This document shows positions 36,601-44,942 of a DNA stretch of 64,000 nucleotides, piece by piece. The stretch comes from an uncultured Candidatus Peribacteria bacterium (GTDB lineage: Bacteria > Patescibacteriota > Gracilibacteria > UBA1369 > UBA12463): assembly GCA_964356305.1 (NCBI GenBank), contig CAYHGS010000002.1, positions 3,060 to 67,059 of the forward strand. The letters run 5' to 3'. The notes under the pieces were generated by a model. It was not told where the DNA came from. It was given only the letters and a program-made list of their open reading frames with translations, and did not search any database. Positions within the stretch are counted from its first letter, which is position 1; each line of letters opens with the position of its first letter. A program made the position numbers and the translations under genes.

Positions 36601-37797
36601 ACGGAGATATTCGGTTACCTGCTTTGACATCTTTTGAAGTTCAAGAATTTTCGCTCGGAGTCGTGGTGCCACATGCTCATCCGGAAGTGCCATTCCGCCA
36701 ATAAAACCGTCGGCACCGGAACTCAAGAGCTGATTGAAGGCAGGATCACCAAGAATATTTCTCGCCTCGCCATGAAACATCGCCATCGTTGTTTTGCTTG
36801 GTACTTCTCCTGTTTTCTGTACCTGCTGGAATAATGTCTGCGCGCTTTTTATATATCCATTCGTGCGCCCGACGACATCCGTAACCGTACCTCGATATTC
36901 TCTTAGCTTTGGATCATTCGCAAATGTATCCATAAGAAGATCTTCTGTTTTTTGGGTATATTGCGCGAGTGCCATACTGAAACTCTCCTTCAGGTACAGA
37001 TGCCGAGCTAGTGCTATTTGCATGGCATTAGCTCCTTTTCCTTCATCGACACCAACCATCTGATACCCATTTGAAAGAGCATTGAGTCGGTCCAAAAATG
37101 CTTTTGCCTTTGTTTGTGTGGCAAGTGGATCTTTCGCGCTTGATGCCTGCAGCTCCTGAAACGTCGCGCTGAGTTCTCCAATTTTTCCAGATGCCCAATC
37201 CTGAAGCGGCTTGTCGTCGGGAGAAACATTCTCCGTATGCTCAACGACATCGAGTGTATTATTTAATAGATCGGACTCCGTTTGCTGATTCAATGTCTCA
37301 AAAGAAGCCTCATACTGCTTATCGCCAGTGATCCGGTAAAGCGTAGCGCGTAAATGCAATAATTCCTTTTGCCCCATTTGCTGTAGTGCTTCTACTTGCT
37401 GTGTCGACTCGGGAATAGGCATTTTTCCTACAATTTTTTTCAGTCCTCCATGGGCATCCTTATCGGCTTGGAGTACCGGGATTTCAATCGTCGCATTCTC
37501 TCCGAGCAATGACCGGAGAAGTGTTTTTCGCTCTTCTGCTCTTTTCGGATCCTTCGCAGCAAAACGATTCGTGATTTCAACCCACTTTTGAAGGGAGACG
37601 AGAAATTCCTGGTGCGACATCATGTATTTTTCTATATCAGCCTCATGTCCCTTGGTACTTTCTCCATTAGCCATAACGTGCGCGAGATATTCATCGATTG
37701 TCTTTCCTTCCTGCTGCGTTTTTGCCTGAATTTCCTCACCTATTTGGCTGATATTTGCGAACTCTGGATCATTAATAATTTCAAATATTGCGCGCAT
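33601..37797 (-). CDS. giant multidomain protein B (1398 aa): helical N-region, bilobed Gly/Ala-rich hydrophobic segment, Pro/Thr linker, HD domain, C-terminal H-Y-E ADP-ribosyltransferase-like region
   Basis: Uninterrupted 4.2 kb ORF with no signal peptide. See the domain sub-features. Confidence 0.85.
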   Translation of the reverse strand: MRAIFEIINDPEFANISQIGEEIQAKTQQEGKTIDEYLAHVMANGESTKGHEADIEKYMMSHQEFLVSLQKWVEITNRFAAKDPKRAEERKTLLRSLLGENATIEIPVLQADKDAHGGLKKIVGKMPIPESTQQVEALQQMGQKELLHLRATLYRITGDKQYEASFETLNQQTESDLLNNTLDVVEHTENVSPDDKPLQDWASGKIGELSATFQELQASSAKDPLATQTKAKAFLDRLNALSNGYQMVGVDEGKGANAMQIALARHLYLKESFSMALAQYTQKTEDLLMDTFANDPKLREYRGTVTDVVGRTNGYIKSAQTLFQQVQKTGEVPSKTTMAMFHGEARNILGDPAFNQLLSSGADGFIGGMALPDEHVAPRLRAKILELQKMSKQVTEYLRTVNVLTRQVIAMEGHGVGPGDFSKDAAKYLAITAAAVAGTAIATVLTGGLAAGPVAVLIATSLGAAIGSQLTTAAIEGNADALSPENMAKAWVQGAAASGGGAIAGKFIGMAGGRMAAAISNKIPGLSKKASSYMAQELERLAQQAAKNPALKEPKTLMQSLRHIAKEISKETGEEFTEDAMQKIGEGLAPNHPELGFLFTLIPSATKTGRATFKAEIGKNTPHASPTNIVPPDTTTPVDTTVSPDLTTPPIVTNEAAQEATSPVQANIEAPNIITPPTTEVVEVPVTIDMASQKEVSGQPKAAAEGEAPHDVFMQKIGKAFMDEGNTNLGIKSSPDSSLTYDGQTAQVAEHFRSKGFEVQSDSVTGRVIIKDGEFSFYVEPSFTRRTLLVLDAPDCTPEKLIDAMSANPKMKRLFDLDAGNSEKYTVGEHTAMVMRQFEKYFKDDALPPEFDRKMFRVLLLLHDVGKGIAVEQRGDNKAQHAYTLEQIDPILRSMDIGESQSRIIKSLISGDPFGQLLTGKIPPEQASILIGEMARKAQMPVDGFYKILKIFYQSDAASYTVDAGGKKSLDGLFKFDPESGKMDLIGDAAVKVSSLETVMDRRLEALSQKIDTLRSGIQQGNMNIEGFREFAKTPADLALLDFVEGKMSEDVFQAKLAADEHSFGTFASTGNSELSAFEKMSMFVRLERMLNQKMPDSDRARLTEVRQMLKDGRFGSDIYHGTSSVILRGLEKGGPELLSSKEIKNRSIGQRSGEGDIAGGTYLDDTIALGMGVDGAGTALAYAELNIEGDGYRNPLNYSQEELSAKIAVYQRTIADMKASGQDVIMNPYNTAKEVAGTSLQTLQRELSRLRQASRGKEVFPDLYDKSYPLVFGMKRDGLRIDESVAETRQYGKALSGEVSALETSISLVDNLDNVFVPSERIEEARAALAKVFAAHPEVMNKIRIYSIESLDSFSRIRAGILRQDSVFNDVRDSTFDALHKKQQQRFQHIENFTPTP
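33823..34464 (-). other. candidate diphtheria-toxin/PARP-like (H-Y-E) ADP-ribosyltransferase domain of protein B (aa ~1112-1325)
   Basis: SDIYHGTSSVILRGLEKGG resembles the [YW]HG[ST]x6-7IxxG motif of DT (SYHGTKPGYVDSIQKG) and exotoxin A (GYHGTFLEAAQSIVFGG). GGTYLDD...ALAYAE resembles GFYIAGDPALAYGYA. ALETSI...NVFVPS resembles RLETILGW...TVVIPS. Confidence 0.45.
34903..35325 (-). other. HD-domain phosphohydrolase module of protein B (aa ~825-965)
   Basis: YTVGEHTAMVMRQF ... FRVLLLLHDVGKG ... AQHAYT ... FYQSDAASY gives the H...HD...H...D pattern of the HD superfamily. Confidence 0.7.
36238..36525 (-). other. bilobed Gly/Ala-rich hydrophobic segment of protein B (aa ~425-520)
   Basis: YLAITAAAVAGTAIATVLTGGLAAGPVAVLIATSLGAAIGSQL, then WVQGAAASGGGAIAGKFIGMAGGRMAAAI. 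These are glycine-zipper-like helices. Confidence 0.6.
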
Positions 37798-37860
37798 ATC
37801 ATCTCGCGTTTCGAATGCATCCAGATCGCGCTGAATCTGTTCAACCGCTGTCTTGAGCCC

Positions 37861-38160
37861 TTATTCCGATATCTTGTCGATCGCAGTTAATGTATTGGCA
37901 TGTGCGCTTTGCAACTTTGCTAATTCCTTTTTTACATTCTCCTTGTGCTCAGCATCGAGTGGAGCTCGTTGAATTTTTGCATCAATATCGCTGACTTTTT
38001 TCTGTATATCTTCCTCGCGTACGACGTCTTTCTTGAGCTGCTTTTCCTTATCCCGAATGGTGTTCGTTAGTTGTTGTGTCTCCGCACTTCCTTCGAGAAA
38101 AATCATGCGTCGTGAATGCATATTATATTCAACCCGATGATGACAGTACATGTGTCTCAT
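37861..38160 (-). CDS. K/E-rich coiled-coil protein (99 aa), in frame with giant gene B across a single TAA
   Basis: ATGA overlap with the upstream gene. Its stop TAA (37863-37861) is followed by 21 sense codons (GLKTAVEQIQRDLDAFETRDD) and then the ATG of the giant ORF in the same frame. Confidence 0.55.
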   Translation of the reverse strand: MRHMYCHHRVEYNMHSRRMIFLEGSAETQQLTNTIRDKEKQLKKDVVREEDIQKKVSDIDAKIQRAPLDAEHKENVKKELAKLQSAHANTLTAIDKISE

Positions 38161-38516
38161 ATCGTATCGAGTTTTTTTAGAATATCTTCTGTATGCGACT
38201 TTTCTTGCGTCTCTTGTTCGCCCATTTGCGCCTTGAGACTTGATTTTATGCTCTCATCGAGCTCCTGCACAAACGTCTGATTTTCTTTACTGATAGATAT
38301 CTTCCTTGCTTCTTCGATGTTCTCCAGCCTCTCTTTTTCACTTGCGAAAATATGCGCGATCTCCTGAAGTGCCTTACTGTCCATCAATAAAACTGCCTGA
38401 AGATAGAGATACTTTTTCTCTTCAGAAAGTGTTTTTGAATTTCGTATATATTCCTGGATTTCTTTTTTCATTTTCATTTTGGTTTTTTTAGTTGCGACTG
38501 CTGACTCGATAGCCAT
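38157..38516 (-). CDS. small acidic helical protein (119 aa), paralog-like to 44591..44917
   Basis: TAATG overlap with the upstream gene. LSEEKKYLYLQAVLLMDSKALQEIAHIFASEKERL and the C-terminal EDILKKLD parallel ISPEMKEHLATKIATFTETQQQEMITAIQQSEEDL and ENLLKSLE. Confidence 0.55.
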   Translation of the reverse strand: MAIESAVATKKTKMKMKKEIQEYIRNSKTLSEEKKYLYLQAVLLMDSKALQEIAHIFASEKERLENIEEARKISISKENQTFVQELDESIKSSLKAQMGEQETQEKSHTEDILKKLDTI

Positions 38517-39067
38517 TATTCGACCAACTTCTCGAGTGCATGAAAGGCTGCTTCGTATTTGGCGACGATTTTTTCTCGTTCTTGAGGACTCACGCTATAA
38601 GGATCATCATTTCCATATGCATCAACTCCAAATGCTAGCTGCTGTATTTCCAACGGAAGCCTGCTGAAAATGCGTGAAGGCTTTGGGGAAAAACCATTAA
38701 TTGTTTTACCTTGAGGATCAATGACGAGCGTACGAAGTGCATACCCTTTCTCAATTTCATCCGCGGGTAAAACATTCCCGAAGTTTGAGAATGGAATAAT
38801 CGCAGGGCAATATGTATTTCCGGGACTAAAATGTCCCTTTAGCTTGCTATCCTGGCGTATATAGTCGAGGCGTCTCGCAAGGAGATCGCTCGTGAGTACA
38901 GCTTTACCCCCCAGGTACGTTCTGCAGAGGTTTCGATACTCCTGCAGTGACATAGGGTGTATTGATTCCGCCTCAGGCGTTCGCCCGAGTCCATCAACGA
39001 CAAATGCTTCAACTTGTTCTAGATACTTTGCTTCCATTTGATTTGCTCCTGAAGGGGTAGTGTTCAT
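38516..39067 (-). CDS. hypothetical protein (183 aa) downstream of giant protein A; intact copy of the duplicated module
   Basis: ORF 41 nt after the giant A stop. Contains HFSPGNTYCPAIIPFSNFGNVLPADEIEKGYALRTLV and C-terminal PQEREKIVAKYEAAFHALEKLVE, both repeated at 33019-33224. Confidence 0.6.
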   Translation of the reverse strand: MNTTPSGANQMEAKYLEQVEAFVVDGLGRTPEAESIHPMSLQEYRNLCRTYLGGKAVLTSDLLARRLDYIRQDSKLKGHFSPGNTYCPAIIPFSNFGNVLPADEIEKGYALRTLVIDPQGKTINGFSPKPSRIFSRLPLEIQQLAFGVDAYGNDDPYSVSPQEREKIVAKYEAAFHALEKLVE

Positions 39068-39108
39068 ATTATGAGGCTGTTAGAGTTAAAATACTATGTT
39101 TTTATGGT

Positions 39109-42100
39109 TTATTTCTTCTTGGAGCCCCCCGGTACTACGGTAGCTCTTTGCTCAATCATATCATTTGGATCGGCAATCTCCTCTCCGGTTGGCAATCTCT
39201 GTTCAGTCTTGAGAATGGTCGCGAATTGAATCGCGCGCTCTAACATGCCTTCTTTACCACCCGTGACGGGATCTGCGCATGCATTGATAAAATTTTCTAA
39301 TTTCCCATCTGCCTTCCATCCCGGACGATAACGGTTTAGGGCATTCCTCATCATTTTCGCATAGGCAAGCGTATCGATCGCACGACCAAGATGATTATTA
39401 ATTTCCAGATTCGTGAGTCCTCTTCTTCTGAGCTCAACGCCCGATTCCGTGATATCCATCTCCTCATAGCTATATCCTGGAGTTTTTGGCCACTGTCGTG
39501 ACTGCACGTCCTGAAACGGCAATGGTGAAATATCGATTACTTTTGCGACTCCATTCAGCATCAAAATATTCCCCTCTTTCACGTCTCCATGAAAATATCC
39601 ATGTCTCTGCAGCTCTTGGATTCCTCTTCCCGCATCAACAAGTGCTCCGAAGTACTTGCCGACACCCGGGCCGGCAAAACGCTCATATACTATATTTCTT
39701 GCATCGCTTGACGATTCAAAAATAATAAAATCCGGCTTGATGATGAGCGGTTTGATGATATTTGGATGGTTCATATCATTTATCATCTTCGCTCCTTCCA
39801 CCTCGGCGTCGAAATATTGCTCTTTCCCCACGTGCGATTGTTTGATTGCGGCAAAATGTAATTTCGTCTCACCATCTCTCACGAATGCCACATTTGAAAT
39901 CGATCCCATACCACCCGCGGCGATGAATTTACCACGGTAAAAGGTGATGTTTCTGCCCTGCGCGTCCGTAGTCATTTCTTTCTCGCCACGGAGAATGGCA
40001 TCATATACTTCCGTGCGTTTCAGCTCGGCGAGGTCATTTTTCTCTATGAGTTCATGTCCTTGCGGATCAATTTTTTTTACATCTATATGATTTTCGGCTT
40101 GTGTATTTTCGTGCGCCACCTCTTCAGGATGAGGAATACGAGTTGGTGGAGGCGCTGATACTTCTTTCCCCGCGCCATCATGCAAACATGTATCCCATGC
40201 GCGCACTGGAACGAACATCAGTCTATTCGCCAGATGATCACGTGCCTGCTCCTCGGACAACCCCCCATGTTCTTGCAGCTCCAAGACAGTAGCGGCTATT
40301 TTGTCGAGCCAAATTTTTGACTCCTGTCTATATTTTGCTCGTTCTTGCTGAATGAGAGCGTCTACCTTTTGCACGAAATCGCGATTCTGAAAAAGCTCGG
40401 TGTGAACTCCAGCTATATCCCGAAATATATCATCTCTGTTTTTGTTCCAGTAATCATATGCGCCATTTTCCTTTTCATGTAGGACAAACGCTATATCCTC
40501 GACTGACTTGTCGTGCGTTCGTAAAAAAGCCAGTATCTCATCCTTGAAGAATGTCTCTATATCACCTGCTTCTGTTCTCATATACTCTGTGATTTTTGTC
40601 ATATCTATTTGTCCGTTCTCGTCAACGATTTCAGTTTTTTTATATTTGTTATATGCCATCCTTCCCGGCTCCAAGTCATTAGAACCCTGTTTCAAAATAT
40701 GCTGAAGTTCATGTCTAACAGTAAAATTCTTTTCTGATAATTCAATGTCACCTCGTATAACAACCATACTTATTCCCATAGGAGTCTGTTGCGGCGTGAA
40801 CGCTTCTCCTTTCGGAAGGTGCGTGGGATGACGACTCGTTATATTGCCAAAATCTTCATTATTTTCACATCGTATTATTAATACCCCCTGCATCTCCCTA
40901 TATTCAATCCTTCCTTTCATGGGCGGAAGATTCATTTTTTCGGCAAGAAGCTCCCCCATTACCTGTTTCTCCATGACCTCTGCGTCAGTAACAGGACCTT
41001 TATATCTTTCCCCAGGGCTAACGCCAAGGCGTCTGCGTACTTCCAAATTTACCCTCAAAGTAACGGCATTTGTTTCATGCTTTAGTTTTAATATATGCGC
41101 GACTGTCGCCAGCGCCATTTTCTTTTGTGGAAGAGTAAGCTGTGATTTTTCAATTGCGCTCCACGCCTCATCAAAATCCGGAACCACTCCGAAATCCGTC
41201 TCACCACTAATGAACGCTATTATTTCCGTCAGGCTTTTTTGATTTTCCGCGGAATGCTCAACGACCGGTTCTTTCATCCCTTCCAGTGCGCTTAATCTAG
41301 CCTCTGCATCGCTCATTTTCGCCAATTCCCCCTCGTGGGCTTTCTGAGAACGCTCCTGGAGCTGCTGCAATTGCGGATCGATTTTCCCGTCTTTCATCAA
41401 ATTACCAAGTGCTTTTTCTTTTGGAACAATGGCAACTTCAGGCGCGGGTATTGACTCATCTTGGGTTATTCTTTTTGGCACGAGCGGTGTTTCATCTTGG
41501 ATCGCTGTTCTCTTAACTCTTACCTGTCTCGTTGGCTCAACTACTCCTTCCGGTTCTGCTTTTTTACTTGTTTCCACTACTTCGCCCACAAGCTTATCAG
41601 AAGTACCTACCGGAATGTTCATCTCTTTTTCCTGACCCTTTTTCACTCCTTCTTCCATTATCTTTTTTCCTGCATCGTGCATCACTCCTGTCATTGGACT
41701 GACTAATTTTGCACCAATACGCAGCATAATAATGTCGCCCGCGCTTTCAATAAATGAGTTATCGCTTGTAGCGCTGAAGATGGCCGCTTCAGTAGCAAGT
41801 TGGCCGGACCAGTCTAGGCCCTTACGAATTGTTCTTCCGGTGATTTTGCCCAGACTCTCCTCGACAACGTTATCAGAGGCTTTTTTCATAGAGGCCCTGA
41901 CCGTTAGTTCACCTGATTTGTCGGCTCCCTGGCGAAGCAGTTTTTCCGTAGTTCCCGCCGTGACGAGCGCTTCCTCTGCGGTGATGCCGCTAGCTTTGCT
42001 TACGACTGACCAACCTTTGTTACCGATGCTAATTGAGCCGAACATCAGCATGCTCTGACCGATACCTTTTGCCAGCTCTGTAGGCATGAATAATCCTTCC

Positions 42101-44574
42101 TCGTGCAATGCCACTGTACGAAGTGCCCTGTTCGCCAACTCAAATCCGGTAGATTCCGTGACAAATCCTGCTGCGCCCAGCGCTAGTCCCGATCTAATAC
42201 CATTTGCGATCATATAGGCACGTACGCTGGCAGCAGCGAGTGAGCCAACACCGCCTGAGATAGCCATAATTACACCATTGATAAATACCTGTTCCGCAAT
42301 CTTTTCAGCCTCCTTGTCCGAGATTATGTACCACTTATCATTCACATCCATCATCGACTCATACTCGCCCCAGGCCTTCTTACTACCTTTCTCTAACTCA
42401 CCCTTGTCATTAGCGACCTCCATGCCATGCATTACGGCCTTATTCATCTTCTCCTCTACTCCCTCGGACATTGCTTCATCTACAAGGGCCTTCAAATCTG
42501 TAGCCGAAATCTCTAAGGGTTTTTGCTGCTCCGGTGGACGTTTTGCGTTAAACTCTTCAATTTGGCCCCACATTTTCGTTCTAATTGTTGTCTCATACGT
42601 GGATCGTTTTTTTTCATTTTCATTTATAATCTTTGTTCGCATCTGCTCTTTCTGTGCCGTACTTATACTTCCTCGAACTCTATCAATATCCTCCTTCATC
42701 GCCGCCTCAAAATACCCCGATGCCATATCCGGCTGCCCTAGCGCCCGGAGGGATCGCGCCGCGCTAAGATATTCATCCTGAATCTTGCCCTTGTCGCTTT
42801 CTATTCCCGTCGAAAATTCCGCATATACGACACTATTCCAGGCATCCATTACCTTGTCACTGTTATCTTTTTCCTGCATCGAAGGCGCGCGCCCATCAGG
42901 CCCCACGATTGGTGTCGCGGAAATAGCCTGCTCTTTTCTCTGCACCAGAGACGCCCCCTGTGCCCTAGCCTCTATCGTACCCGCTTCAATCTGCTGAAGT
43001 TGGAACGCGAGATTCGCTTTATTTTTTGTAACAAAATTATACAAAAATCTTTCATTAGCATGATCCTTGAATAATGCCTCATATCGCTTTGAATCTGATA
43101 ATTGGTCATTTATTTTTTGAAGTCTCTTGATGCTGGCAATATTGAATATCTTTATCTGATCTTTCGCAAACACAATCATATCTTTCGTTTCAGGTCGGTC
43201 CTGCTGCCTGGAAACCTCATCCAGAAATTGATTGAATCGGAATCTCGCCCCAGGTAAATCTCCATTTTGCAACGCTTCTCTTCCTAGGTGAAAATGCTTT
43301 GACACCGGGTCTTCCGTTTTTTCCGTAGCCTCAATCATTGAAGCTTTTAATAGGGAATCTTGTGCGATTTTTATTCCGTTTTTTTTCTGTTCAATCGTGA
43401 GGTTTTCGAAATCTGCTAGAAATTTTGGAGTAAATGAAACCTTGCCGTCTTTGCTCATTACATTGCCGCTGAGCGCCTCTATTGCTCTTTTTGAAGCAAT
43501 GGGAGTCTTGTCCATGAGTGTCGCAATTTCTATCTTTGCCTTCAAGGCGTTTGCCTCTTCCACAAGAGCTTTTGCCTGCGCCTCTGTTTCTACGCTTTTC
43601 CCTTCTCTTTTTGGTGTAACGCAACGAGTCATTCCTTCTTCGCAGTGTGAAAATTTCATTTTGAACTCATGAATTGCCTGCCTCAATACTGCGGCTTTTA
43701 CCCACCCTTCAGATACCCCCATTTCTTTCAGCTCAGCTCTCGTGGCATCCGTACACGCGGCTGTCATCACGATACGAACTCCCTTTTCGGGATTTATTTC
43801 GACTATAGCGGCGAGATCTACTATCTCTTTTTCATTCCCCTTGTCGGTGGTTTGCACTAAATCCGACGGAAGCCCCACTGCGCTTTTCTCGCTGTATATA
43901 TTTGATCCTTGTACCATGTAGCCAACCCTGAATCCTTCCTGCTGTTCGAATTTGCGCTCTTCGTTAGCCTGATCGACAAAACCCTGCGCCATACGAAGGA
44001 GTTCGTTTATCTTTTCCGAGTCTCCGAGTGTATTTTTTACTTCTTGATACTTCTTGCTCTCAAGGTAGTTAGCTGTCTCAATTGGCGAAGCTGTTTCGGT
44101 CGCGACCATATGCTTCGATTGATATTCACTCGTCAGATTCTGCGCCTCTTGGAATTTTCCACTTTTCTCCAGGCCTCTTCGTTTTTCCATATACGTGTTG
44201 AAATCCGTGAGATCATTCTTGAATTTTGTGATCTTAACTTCTTCCGCGCTAAATGGAACGAATTCCTTTTCTATATCCTTTAGCTTTTGATCGAGCTTGA
44301 CCGTTAACGCATCTATATTTTTCTCGTCAATTTCGCGGAGAATCGCAAATGTGTCCGAAAAAGCCTTGCTCTTTGATTCCTTGAATTTTGGTGAATCCAA
44401 GACAGCTTGCTCTTTTATGCCAAAATTTGACTTCAGTTTTTCCTCAATTGTATCAACCTTCTTGATAACGATTTCGGCATAGTCCTTGCCTTTTACCATG
44501 ACTTTTTTATCGATTTTTTTGTCGATTTTATCAAGCCTCGTTTGTTCTGTATTTATTTGTTCTCCTTCAGCCAT
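39109..44574 (-). CDS. giant multidomain protein A (1821 aa): coiled-coil N-region, hydrophobic Gly-rich segment, HExxH metallopeptidase-like region, C-terminal protein kinase-like domain
   Basis: Uninterrupted 5.5 kb ORF with no signal peptide. See the domain sub-features. Confidence 0.85.
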   Translation of the reverse strand: MAEGEQINTEQTRLDKIDKKIDKKVMVKGKDYAEIVIKKVDTIEEKLKSNFGIKEQAVLDSPKFKESKSKAFSDTFAILREIDEKNIDALTVKLDQKLKDIEKEFVPFSAEEVKITKFKNDLTDFNTYMEKRRGLEKSGKFQEAQNLTSEYQSKHMVATETASPIETANYLESKKYQEVKNTLGDSEKINELLRMAQGFVDQANEERKFEQQEGFRVGYMVQGSNIYSEKSAVGLPSDLVQTTDKGNEKEIVDLAAIVEINPEKGVRIVMTAACTDATRAELKEMGVSEGWVKAAVLRQAIHEFKMKFSHCEEGMTRCVTPKREGKSVETEAQAKALVEEANALKAKIEIATLMDKTPIASKRAIEALSGNVMSKDGKVSFTPKFLADFENLTIEQKKNGIKIAQDSLLKASMIEATEKTEDPVSKHFHLGREALQNGDLPGARFRFNQFLDEVSRQQDRPETKDMIVFAKDQIKIFNIASIKRLQKINDQLSDSKRYEALFKDHANERFLYNFVTKNKANLAFQLQQIEAGTIEARAQGASLVQRKEQAISATPIVGPDGRAPSMQEKDNSDKVMDAWNSVVYAEFSTGIESDKGKIQDEYLSAARSLRALGQPDMASGYFEAAMKEDIDRVRGSISTAQKEQMRTKIINENEKKRSTYETTIRTKMWGQIEEFNAKRPPEQQKPLEISATDLKALVDEAMSEGVEEKMNKAVMHGMEVANDKGELEKGSKKAWGEYESMMDVNDKWYIISDKEAEKIAEQVFINGVIMAISGGVGSLAAASVRAYMIANGIRSGLALGAAGFVTESTGFELANRALRTVALHEEGLFMPTELAKGIGQSMLMFGSISIGNKGWSVVSKASGITAEEALVTAGTTEKLLRQGADKSGELTVRASMKKASDNVVEESLGKITGRTIRKGLDWSGQLATEAAIFSATSDNSFIESAGDIIMLRIGAKLVSPMTGVMHDAGKKIMEEGVKKGQEKEMNIPVGTSDKLVGEVVETSKKAEPEGVVEPTRQVRVKRTAIQDETPLVPKRITQDESIPAPEVAIVPKEKALGNLMKDGKIDPQLQQLQERSQKAHEGELAKMSDAEARLSALEGMKEPVVEHSAENQKSLTEIIAFISGETDFGVVPDFDEAWSAIEKSQLTLPQKKMALATVAHILKLKHETNAVTLRVNLEVRRRLGVSPGERYKGPVTDAEVMEKQVMGELLAEKMNLPPMKGRIEYREMQGVLIIRCENNEDFGNITSRHPTHLPKGEAFTPQQTPMGISMVVIRGDIELSEKNFTVRHELQHILKQGSNDLEPGRMAYNKYKKTEIVDENGQIDMTKITEYMRTEAGDIETFFKDEILAFLRTHDKSVEDIAFVLHEKENGAYDYWNKNRDDIFRDIAGVHTELFQNRDFVQKVDALIQQERAKYRQESKIWLDKIAATVLELQEHGGLSEEQARDHLANRLMFVPVRAWDTCLHDGAGKEVSAPPPTRIPHPEEVAHENTQAENHIDVKKIDPQGHELIEKNDLAELKRTEVYDAILRGEKEMTTDAQGRNITFYRGKFIAAGGMGSISNVAFVRDGETKLHFAAIKQSHVGKEQYFDAEVEGAKMINDMNHPNIIKPLIIKPDFIIFESSSDARNIVYERFAGPGVGKYFGALVDAGRGIQELQRHGYFHGDVKEGNILMLNGVAKVIDISPLPFQDVQSRQWPKTPGYSYEEMDITESGVELRRRGLTNLEINNHLGRAIDTLAYAKMMRNALNRYRPGWKADGKLENFINACADPVTGGKEGMLERAIQFATILKTEQRLPTGEEIADPNDMIEQRATVVPGGSKKK
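39340..39942 (-). other. protein kinase-like domain of protein A (aa ~1545-1745)
   Basis: Gly-loop IAAGGMGSISNV, VAIK-like HFAAIKQ (K1578), HPNIIKPL, catalytic loop HGDVKEGNIL (D1664, N1669), and KVIDIS in place of DFG. The HGDxxxxN form recalls RIO/Bud32/Kdo-type and effector kinases. Confidence 0.65.
40375..40902 (-). other. HExxH zincin-like region of protein A (aa ~1225-1400)
   Basis: MGISMVVIRGDIELSEKNFTVRHELQHILKQG, with HELQH at 40699-40713. The third metal ligand was not identified. Confidence 0.4.
41995..42288 (-). other. hydrophobic Gly-rich segment of protein A (aa ~763-860)
   Basis: VFINGVIMAISGGVGSLAAASVRAYMIANGIRSGLALGAAGFV ... GIGQSMLMFGSISIG. Confidence 0.55.
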
Positions 44575-44590
44575 TTTTTGTTTCTATTTT

Positions 44591-44917
44591 TTATTTTGTA
44601 TCATTCTCCTCAAGACTTTTGAGTAAATTTTCCTCAGCCTGCGTCTCATTAACCTCGGATACTCCCTCAATTTCTTTTATATATATTTTCCACACCTCAT
44701 CCAGCTTCCTCTGTACTCGTAGAAGTTTTTCTTCATCATCTTTCAGGGCATCGTTTAAAAGCTGCTTCAAGTCTTCTTCTGACTGTTGAATTGCCGTTAT
44801 CATTTCCTGCTGCTGGGTTTCGGTAAATGTGGCAATTTTTGTAGCAAGGTGCTCCTTCATTTCCGGGGATATGAGAAGACTTTTTTGGATGAGTTGAGAG
44901 AGTGAATTTTCAGGCAT
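44591..44917 (-). CDS. small acidic helical protein (108 aa), first gene of the giant-protein operon
   Basis: ORF 16 nt upstream of giant gene A. Paralog-like to 38157..38516. Confidence 0.55.
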   Translation of the reverse strand: MPENSLSQLIQKSLLISPEMKEHLATKIATFTETQQQEMITAIQQSEEDLKQLLNDALKDDEEKLLRVQRKLDEVWKIYIKEIEGVSEVNETQAEENLLKSLEENDTK

Positions 44918-44942
44918 ATGGGTGCATAAAAAGTATCGTGTA

